From an uncultured Muribaculaceae bacterium (GTDB taxonomy: Bacteria > Pseudomonadota > Alphaproteobacteria > Rs-D84): a stretch of DNA of 64,000 bases. Below, one piece after another: positions 57,113-64,000 of this stretch. The notes beneath the pieces were generated by a model, which did not search any database, was not told where the DNA came from, and saw only the letters and a program-made list of their open reading frames with translations. Each line of letters opens with the position of its first letter. Within the stretch, counting starts at the first letter, position 1. The position numbers were made by a program, and so were the translations under genes. The stretch is from NCBI GenBank assembly GCA_964619545.1, contig CAZUED010000002.1, positions 1,253 through 65,252 of the forward strand, read 5' to 3'.

Positions 57113-58798
57113 ATGACTACTTCTATTTTTATATTTTTGGGCATTGTTTTTGGTCTGGTTTTTTTTGCACGATTGGCGCGCGTTGGGACTTTGATTGCAT
57201 TTCTGACAGCTGGAATTATTGCTGGCCCGTATGTATTAAATTTATGGCAGATTTCTGACATCTGGTCATTTCTGGGGGAAATTGGGATAACGTTTTTGTG
57301 GTTTGTGATTGGTTTAGAGTTGAATATGAAACGATTGTGGAGTCTGCGACGCGATATATTTGGTTTCGGTGCAGCCCAAGTTATTATGGTGGCCATAATT
57401 TTATTTCCAATTCTATTCGGATTGACTACTTGGACAATCATGGGAACAATAATGGTTGCATTGATGTTGGCCATGTCCAGCACTTCTAACGATTTACAGG
57501 TTTTGGCAGATCGTAATGAATTGCAGACTAATGTTGGTCGCCAGACATTTTCTATTTTATTATTCCAGGATTTATTGTCGATTCCATTGTTGGCAATGCT
57601 TCCGATTTTTGCAGGGCACAGCTTTAACTTGGGCGGTCAAATTATTGACTTTTTGGTTATGTCGGCTGGATTGGTGTTTGGCGTTATGATTGTCGGACGC
57701 TTGCTGCTGAATCCATTGATGCGCGTGGTAGTGCGATTAAAGTCTAAAGAGGCATTTCTGCTTGCGATTCTGCTGAACATTGTTCTGTGGGCGGTGGTAT
57801 TTGGCTATCTGGGGTTGCCGCCTGCGATGGGCGCATTCCTGGCTGGAATGTTGTTTTCTGAGACCATTTTCCGTCATCAAGTCCAGGCAGATATACAGCC
57901 TTATCAGATTCTTTTTCTTTCATTCTTTTTCATTGCGCTGGGAATTGGACTAGATGTTCAAGCTTTAATGAGAAATTGGTGGATTGTTGCGCTGGGCGTG
58001 GTTTGTCTGATTATTATAAAATTTGCAGCAATTTACATAGTGGCACGGGTTCGTAACATTTCCAATAGGGAATCATTCTTTATTGCGTTAGTTTTGGCCC
58101 AGGGTGGCGAGTTCGGTTTGCTGATTCTGCAAACAATGAAGTCCAGTGGTATAGAAGCCATCCCGACATGGCAGGGTGAAATTCTGACCGCAGTTATAAT
58201 TATATCAATGATGATGACCCCAATCCTTATGGCGTTTTATGACAGACTGATGAACAGCGGTTTGTTTGGTAGCAGAAAAATTGATAAGCCTGATTCGCCC
58301 AATATACAACCAGAAGTGGTTATTTGCGGCTTTGGTCGTGTAGGGCAAACAATTGCGCAAATGCTGGAATCGCAAAAAATCCCTTATGTGGCTATAGATT
58401 CCAATATAGATGCGGTTATGTCGGGAAAAGAGGTTGGATTTAATGTGTTTTTCGGAGATACAACCAGTGCAAATGTATTACAGGATATTGGACTTGCCCC
58501 GCGGCGGACACGTGCGGTGGTGGTGGCATTGAATAATGCCGCTGTTGCAAAAAGAACAATCCGCGCGGCACGCAGTGTTTCAAAGAATGTTCGTATATTT
58601 GCACGAGTTCGTAATATGCAGGAATCTGAAAATTTGCGCAGCGAAGGTAAGTTGGTCGCATTGCCAGAAACAATAGAATCTAGCTTTGTCCTGGGGCAAG
58701 AGGTTTTAGAAGCCTTGGGTGTGCGTGAAAAAACGATAGAAGATTTAATGACGACCCTTCGCCGCGATAATTATCACGCTCTTTGTGCAAGTGCATAG
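57113..58798 (+). CDS. Monovalent cation:proton antiporter (CPA2, KefB/KefC-like) with C-terminal RCK/TrkA-N domain
   Basis: 12-13 TM Na_H_Exchanger core and a Rossmann GFGRVGQTIAQML RCK domain. Confidence 0.8.
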   Translation: MTTSIFIFLGIVFGLVFFARLARVGTLIAFLTAGIIAGPYVLNLWQISDIWSFLGEIGITFLWFVIGLELNMKRLWSLRRDIFGFGAAQVIMVAIILFPILFGLTTWTIMGTIMVALMLAMSSTSNDLQVLADRNELQTNVGRQTFSILLFQDLLSIPLLAMLPIFAGHSFNLGGQIIDFLVMSAGLVFGVMIVGRLLLNPLMRVVVRLKSKEAFLLAILLNIVLWAVVFGYLGLPPAMGAFLAGMLFSETIFRHQVQADIQPYQILFLSFFFIALGIGLDVQALMRNWWIVALGVVCLIIIKFAAIYIVARVRNISNRESFFIALVLAQGGEFGLLILQTMKSSGIEAIPTWQGEILTAVIIISMMMTPILMAFYDRLMNSGLFGSRKIDKPDSPNIQPEVVICGFGRVGQTIAQMLESQKIPYVAIDSNIDAVMSGKEVGFNVFFGDTTSANVLQDIGLAPRRTRAVVVALNNAAVAKRTIRAARSVSKNVRIFARVRNMQESENLRSEGKLVALPETIESSFVLGQEVLEALGVREKTIEDLMTTLRRDNYHALCASA

Positions 58799-58888
58799 AT
58801 AGTATATTTGTTACGGCATTGTCCGCGACATTTTGATTGCAGTGATAGTAATTTTCGCTATAATGCCCCCGTCGGAAAGGATAGTACT

Positions 58889-59413
58889 ATGAAAAAATTA
58901 TCTGTGCTGCATGCTGTGTGCCTTATGTTTTTGGTTGTTGTGATTGATCAGCTGACCAAGGGCGTATTACTTTATATGATTACGGGTGGCGTCCCTGTTG
59001 GTGGTGCTGCATTTCAATTGGTTCCATATCCATACTTGATGTCGCATGTGACGGATTTTTTTAACATAGTATTTACTTGGAACCCGGGGACCAGCTTTTC
59101 GCTTTTTCGCGCGCTGGGTGAATCTGCGCCATTGGTGATAATAACTATGACCGGTATAATTATTGGATTTTTGGGGTATCAGTTGTTTGCACGAAAAAAT
59201 ACGCGACTGGAAACAACTGCTTTTGCATTGATTATCGGTGGCGCGGTTGGAAATTTAATTGATAGAATTCGCTTTGGCGCGGTAATAGACTTTTTGGATT
59301 TTCATATTGGCGGATTGCACTGGCCAGCGTTCAATGTTGCAGACATAAGCATATGCATTGGTGTAGGCCTGTTGGTTTTGACATGGGTGTTTAATAAAAA
59401 AGGAAAAAAATAA
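58889..59413 (+). CDS. lspA: Lipoprotein signal peptidase (signal peptidase II)
   Basis: Four TM helices. Conserved FTWNPGTSF region and the C-terminal FNVADISI motif. GGAAAGG SD. Confidence 0.8.
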   Translation: MKKLSVLHAVCLMFLVVVIDQLTKGVLLYMITGGVPVGGAAFQLVPYPYLMSHVTDFFNIVFTWNPGTSFSLFRALGESAPLVIITMTGIIIGFLGYQLFARKNTRLETTAFALIIGGAVGNLIDRIRFGAVIDFLDFHIGGLHWPAFNVADISICIGVGLLVLTWVFNKKGKK

Positions 59414-60981
59414 TGGTTCGATATTTGGATAATAATAATTCTGGGTTTAATTCTTGGCTTGCATCAAAAAACACAGATAATAAGAAATCAAAACTTACAG
59501 GTTTTCTTATTTGGTTGGCAATTTTTTTGCTGGCTTGGTGGGCTTTTTCTGCTTGGTTTACACCAAAAAATAAATCAGAAATCAAAAATCAAAATTCAGA
59601 TTCCACAATTGTCGCAGAAAGCGTTTCTAATGTTCCCGCACATGTTTTGACTTCGGAAAAACTGAATGCAAAAGTCCAGGGTTTACGTATTTCCGAAATT
59701 TCGTTGAATAATTTTACCGATAAAATCGATGGAGCCGATCCAGTTAAACTGTTGAATGGGAATATGGAATTTGCCGAGGTTGGAATCCTTGCCAATGGCA
59801 CAGCCGCGCCAACTATGGACACAAAATGGGGAAGCGCTGGCGTGATGAAATGGCGCAATGTTGATGGCGTTGAATTTTCTCGTAACATCGAAGTTAAAGA
59901 CTATGTAATAACAATTAATGACGAAATCAAAAATAACACCAAACGTGACTTTTCTGTATCGCCTTATGCACGTATAGTTCGCTCCAAAGGTTCAGATTCT
60001 ATGGGGGTTGCAGCTGGTGGCATTGCATTCGCTGCGGACAGCATAGAACGCGAGTCCTGGAAGTCAGTTGGAAAAAAATCTTATGTTTGGACCACTTCTG
60101 CGGGTTTTGCTGGATTCGAAGAGCAATACTGGCAGACAATCGTATCGGTAAATTCCCCAGATCAAACCATAAAAATAAAGCCCTTGGCTGACGGACGTTT
60201 GCAGTCTGAAACCAGCGCTTCGGCAGTTCAAGTTCCAGCTGGCAAAACAATAATTTTGACCACAAACTTGTTCGCAGGCCCCAAAACCCCGGATGTATTA
60301 AAAACTGCCGCATCGTCAATTTCAGGAATAGACAGAACGATAGATTATGGCTGGTTCTGGTTTTTATCGCGCCCATTTTTATGGTCGTTTAACGCGCTTT
60401 ATGGATTGGTATTAAACTATGGTTTGGTAATTATTTTGTTGACCATTGGCATCAGAATTTTAATGTGGCCTCTTACCAGAAAATCTTTTATAGGTATGGC
60501 TGCGATGCAGAAAATGCAACCAGAAATGCAACGTATACAAAAACTTTATGGGGATGATAAAGTCCGTATGCAGGCCGAAATGATGAAGCTGTATAAAAAC
60601 AGCAAGACTTCACCAATGTCCGGATGTCTGCCCATGTTGTTGCAGATTCCTATTTTCTTTGCGCTGTATAAGGCATTATTGATTGCGGTGCCACTTCGCC
60701 ATGCAGGTTTTTTATGGCTGAATGATTTGGCGGTAATGGATCCTTACTTTATTCTGCCGATTTTGATGGGCGCAACAATGTGGTGGCAGCAACATTTGCA
60801 GACCGCAGCAATAAATACAGATCCAAACGACCCAATGGCCCAGACCCAAAAAATGATGAAGTGGATGCCAGTTATCTTCACTGCTTTATTTGCATGGATG
60901 CCATCAGGATTAGTATTGTATTGGACGATTTCCAATTTGTTTGGAATTGGTCAAATGTGGTGGATTAAAAAAAATAATTAA
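59413..60981 (+). CDS. yidC: Membrane protein insertase YidC
   Basis: N-terminal TM, a large periplasmic domain, and the conserved C-terminal 5-TM core (PLRHAGFLWLNDL; Q...PMQK). Confidence 0.9.
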   Translation: MVRYLDNNNSGFNSWLASKNTDNKKSKLTGFLIWLAIFLLAWWAFSAWFTPKNKSEIKNQNSDSTIVAESVSNVPAHVLTSEKLNAKVQGLRISEISLNNFTDKIDGADPVKLLNGNMEFAEVGILANGTAAPTMDTKWGSAGVMKWRNVDGVEFSRNIEVKDYVITINDEIKNNTKRDFSVSPYARIVRSKGSDSMGVAAGGIAFAADSIERESWKSVGKKSYVWTTSAGFAGFEEQYWQTIVSVNSPDQTIKIKPLADGRLQSETSASAVQVPAGKTIILTTNLFAGPKTPDVLKTAASSISGIDRTIDYGWFWFLSRPFLWSFNALYGLVLNYGLVIILLTIGIRILMWPLTRKSFIGMAAMQKMQPEMQRIQKLYGDDKVRMQAEMMKLYKNSKTSPMSGCLPMLLQIPIFFALYKALLIAVPLRHAGFLWLNDLAVMDPYFILPILMGATMWWQQHLQTAAINTDPNDPMAQTQKMMKWMPVIFTALFAWMPSGLVLYWTISNLFGIGQMWWIKKNN

Positions 60982-61646
60982 ATAATTTTGCTCAGCGCGG
61001 CGACCGCAGCGGTTTCTGCGCGCAAAATTGTTTTTCCCAGTGAAATTCCAATTGCGCCCGCTGCATCCAGTTCGGAAAATTCGTTTTCAGAAAATCCTCC
61101 TTCGGGACCAACAAGCAATGTGCAATTTGCAAAGTTCAAAGTGCAATTATTTTGTTTTGTTTTATCATGAGCAAATCTTTCATCTGCAAATACTAAATCT
61201 TTTTTATCTAATTCGGAAAATTTAATTGGTTGTTCTAATTTCGGAATGCTGTTGCGACCTGATTGCTCGGACGCTTCAATAATGATTTTTTTTATCCTTC
61301 CCCATTTCGGAAAATGTTCAGTCGTGCGCTCGGTAATAACTGGTTGCAAAACCGCAACACCCATCTGAGTTGTTGCGTTCAGCATTTCTTCCATTCTGGA
61401 TTGCTTTATCGGCGCAAAGCAAAACACAATTTTATTACCGGGGTCTTTATGACTCGTAATTTCAACAATTTCCAATTTGTCTTTTTTGACAGATGCCGAA
61501 AACTCAACACCATCATTGAATACCAGGCATTTATCTGTGCGCATTACGCGCGTTAAATAGTGGGCTTGGTCAACGGAAAGCGGTATTTGTTTTCCAACTT
61601 CCAATTTTTCATTTATAAAGATTCTGGGTAAGTTTTGCATTATCAA
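60978..61646 (-). CDS. rsmE: 16S rRNA m3U1498 methyltransferase RsmE
   Basis: PUA-like N-terminus and the SPOUT C-domain (LLVGPEGGFSENE). Confidence 0.75.
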   Translation of the reverse strand: MIMQNLPRIFINEKLEVGKQIPLSVDQAHYLTRVMRTDKCLVFNDGVEFSASVKKDKLEIVEITSHKDPGNKIVFCFAPIKQSRMEEMLNATTQMGVAVLQPVITERTTEHFPKWGRIKKIIIEASEQSGRNSIPKLEQPIKFSELDKKDLVFADERFAHDKTKQNNCTLNFANCTLLVGPEGGFSENEFSELDAAGAIGISLGKTILRAETAAVAALSKII

Positions 61647-61675
61647 ACACCAATTTTTTTGATATAATATATTTA

Positions 61676-63889
61676 ATGGCTGAAAAATTCAACATTTTAT
61701 CGTTTTCGGGTAAGGGCAAGGGTTTGAAAATCTTTGACTCGTCCGCGTACAAGGACCACGAAAAGGCCCCAATGGGGCGTATGTTTTGGAATATGCGATA
61801 CAAAGTTATCGTATGGCTGTCTTGCTTTTTCGTATTTATTTTGGCGTTTCCGATTGAGCATTTGTGGCGATATGGATGGTCGCCCGCATCTGCAAAATGG
61901 ATTGGTATTTATTTTACAAACTTTTTATACAGTGTTGGTTTATCTGTTTTTGCAGAGATTCCAGAATGGTTAAGTCGCGCTGCAACTCAGCCAGACATTG
62001 CAGCTATTGCCCCATTGCTGCCTATTGCGATATATTTTGTTCTGACGGACGAAACTTTATTGAAAGAATTTAATCCGTTTGGCAAAGATGTTTTGAAAGA
62101 AGAATCATCCCGCAAAGCAAATGATGAAGACATCAAAAAAATGGGATTAATGGATGGCTTTATGATGGTGTTGGGATACTGGAAGAAAAAACCATTGATG
62201 ATGAAGGAAACGCTGTCTGCGCTTTGTTTAGCGCCCCCCGGGACCGGTAAAACCCAAGGTGTTGTATTGCCGACAATCTTTGAGTGCAACAATGTTTCGA
62301 TGATTATCAATGATCCAAAGCCCGAATTAAAACAGCAATCGTCGGCCTATCGTGCGCAGAATGTTGGGCCTGTGTTCATTATGAATTGGGCGGGACAAGA
62401 TGATCCAATGGCTGGAATTTATTACCCTTCATGGAATCCATTATCGCCATCCCATGTGCCATTTATTACCGAAGAGCGTGATTTGTATATTGATTCTATT
62501 TGCGCGACATTGATTGCGGATAAAACCAGTTCGTCGGCAGATCCGCACTGGACGATTTCTGGACGCGCGGCATTGTCAGGCTTGATAAACTTTATGGTGT
62601 CCAAGATTGATAAAGCCAAAGCGGACGAATATTTTTATGCGCGTTTGCAATCAGGCGAATTTGATGCCGAAGATGCGGCGTTGCTGGGCGAGTATTACAC
62701 AATGATGAATGACCCAAATGCTGATGCTGCACGGTATGCGTTGGCAAATGGTCAGCTGAATGCAATGAATTATGTTCATGTTGGAACATGGGCGATGATT
62801 CCGGACGACTGGGTTGGTCGCGAAGCATCAATGTCCATGATTCTGGATTGGCTGAATAAAAGCCAGGTGCGAATTGCGGAAGAGTTGGAAAATCGACGCA
62901 AGCAAGGCGATCAAATGGTTATGATGGCCGATCCTATGAAAGATTTGTTCCAAAATGCTGTGAATGAGGCATTACAATACGGATACTCGCACCGTGCGGT
63001 TTTGGAATTGACACAACTTGCAAATACTCCGGATAAAGAACGCGGTTCTATTATTTCAACCGTTCTGGCGGGACTTTCTATTTTCAGAAATGCGGCCGTT
63101 CGCAATCGCACCAGCCACAGCGACTTCCACTTCAGCGATTTGCGTGGAATGATTGATCCACGTGATGGCAAAGTAAAGCCAGTATCCGTTTACCTTTCTA
63201 TTAATCAAGTTGATTCCGAAGCATTAAATCCAATAACTGCAATCTTTATTGAATTGATGTCCAGGTTCTTGATAGCAAATGCCCCCGATGGCGAACACGC
63301 AGGGCAAAAGTTGGGCCCATATCCAGTGTTATTTGTTTTGGACGAGATGCCAAAAATGCAAAAGATGCAGGCGATTATCCAGGGTCCCGACATAGGTCGT
63401 GGTCAGCAAGTTTCGTATTTGATTATCGGTCAGGACATTGCGCAAATTCGTGAAAAATATGGCGCGGACGCGGCGCAGACTATCATTTCTACGACTGCGG
63501 CAAAGGTTATCTTGCGCCAGAATAATATGGAAACTGCAGAAATGTTTTCCAAGATGATGGGTGAAAAAGTAGAATCTAAAAAGAGCAAAGGCCCAGATGG
63601 TAAAGAAACTGAAAGCACGGACAGAAAGCCGCTTTACAGCTCTATGGACATCATGAAACTTGATTCGAAAAAGCAGCTGGTTATATTCCAGGGTTATTAC
63701 AATCGCCCGATCGAGGCAGATTACAGCCCGGCCTATGCGGACGAGACTTTGCAAAAGTACAGAAAGTTGGGCGAAAGTCCGCCATTACCAGAATTCTTGG
63801 TTGCATCCCATCATGCTGCTATGCGGTATCGTGGCACTCCTCGTCAATATGACCCAATGACAAAGACCATAAAGGATTTGGCGGCGTGA
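61676..63889 (+). CDS. virD4: Type IV secretion coupling protein (VirD4/TraG family ATPase)
   Basis: Two N-terminal TM helices. Walker A LCLAPPGTGKTQGVVLPTIF (cf. VirD4 LVVAPTRAGKGVGVVIPTLL). Walker B VLFVLDEMPKMQKMQ (cf. VLFLLDEFKHLGKL). C-terminal SYLIIGQDIAQIREKYG region (cf. MFIIQSLSALSGTYDEAG). An alternative start is M33 (61772). Confidence 0.75.
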   Translation: MAEKFNILSFSGKGKGLKIFDSSAYKDHEKAPMGRMFWNMRYKVIVWLSCFFVFILAFPIEHLWRYGWSPASAKWIGIYFTNFLYSVGLSVFAEIPEWLSRAATQPDIAAIAPLLPIAIYFVLTDETLLKEFNPFGKDVLKEESSRKANDEDIKKMGLMDGFMMVLGYWKKKPLMMKETLSALCLAPPGTGKTQGVVLPTIFECNNVSMIINDPKPELKQQSSAYRAQNVGPVFIMNWAGQDDPMAGIYYPSWNPLSPSHVPFITEERDLYIDSICATLIADKTSSSADPHWTISGRAALSGLINFMVSKIDKAKADEYFYARLQSGEFDAEDAALLGEYYTMMNDPNADAARYALANGQLNAMNYVHVGTWAMIPDDWVGREASMSMILDWLNKSQVRIAEELENRRKQGDQMVMMADPMKDLFQNAVNEALQYGYSHRAVLELTQLANTPDKERGSIISTVLAGLSIFRNAAVRNRTSHSDFHFSDLRGMIDPRDGKVKPVSVYLSINQVDSEALNPITAIFIELMSRFLIANAPDGEHAGQKLGPYPVLFVLDEMPKMQKMQAIIQGPDIGRGQQVSYLIIGQDIAQIREKYGADAAQTIISTTAAKVILRQNNMETAEMFSKMMGEKVESKKSKGPDGKETESTDRKPLYSSMDIMKLDSKKQLVIFQGYYNRPIEADYSPAYADETLQKYRKLGESPPLPEFLVASHHAAMRYRGTPRQYDPMTKTIKDLAA

Positions 63890-64000
63890 AAACCAGACTT
63901 GCAAAGTTCATAGCTGATTCCGGACTTGCGTCGCGTAGGGTTGCAGAAAAGCTGATTACAGACGGCAAAGTTTTTGTAGATGGCGTTCGCATTGATACCC
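63886..64000 (+). CDS. Pseudouridine synthase (RsuA/RluB family), N-terminal S4 domain. Partial: runs off the right edge.
   Basis: VKTRLAKFIADSGLASRRVAEKLITDGKVFVDGVRI is an S4 RNA-binding domain. GTG start overlaps the virD4 stop by 4 nt. Confidence 0.55.
   Translation, partial: MKTRLAKFIADSGLASRRVAEKLITDGKVFVDGVRIDT

Overview
This window looks like chromosome from a reduced-genome, low-GC alphaproteobacterium, probably an intracellular or endosymbiotic lineage. Supporting signs are rpoH, a GapR/DUF2312 gene, a Cys-free L31, weak ribosome-binding sites, and several housekeeping proteins that are shorter than usual. Most of the window is dense core housekeeping: pal, lptG/lptD/surA/rlmN, parAB, gpsA, rsmG, metG, queH, der, rpoH, valS, rpmH, gyrA, mraY-ftsW-murG, def-fmt-truA, pyk, recR, rsmA, lspA-yidC, a marR-tolC-MFP-acrB efflux operon, and three tRNAs. 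The accessory region of interest is 30.8-38.1 kb. It holds five paralogous polytopic membrane proteins with no recognisable enzymatic domain: one on the minus strand and four translationally coupled on the plus strand that run straight into mraY. Their topology is two TM helices, a large hydrophilic loop, three to four more TM helices, and a lysine-rich cytoplasmic tail. That topology, plus shared N-terminal CxxC(P) and loop motifs, reads as an expanded VirB6/TrbL-like family of type IV secretion inner-membrane channel subunits, or possibly a new family. A VirD4/TraG-type coupling ATPase at 61.7-63.9 kb shows the organism does carry T4SS components. A second accessory patch at 27.8-29.4 kb is very AT-rich, sits next to tRNA-Glu/tRNA-Gln, and encodes a Tyr/Asn-rich outer-membrane-like protein plus a Ser/Asn/Gly low-complexity secreted protein. 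No CRISPR array, rRNA or obvious IS/transposase was found.
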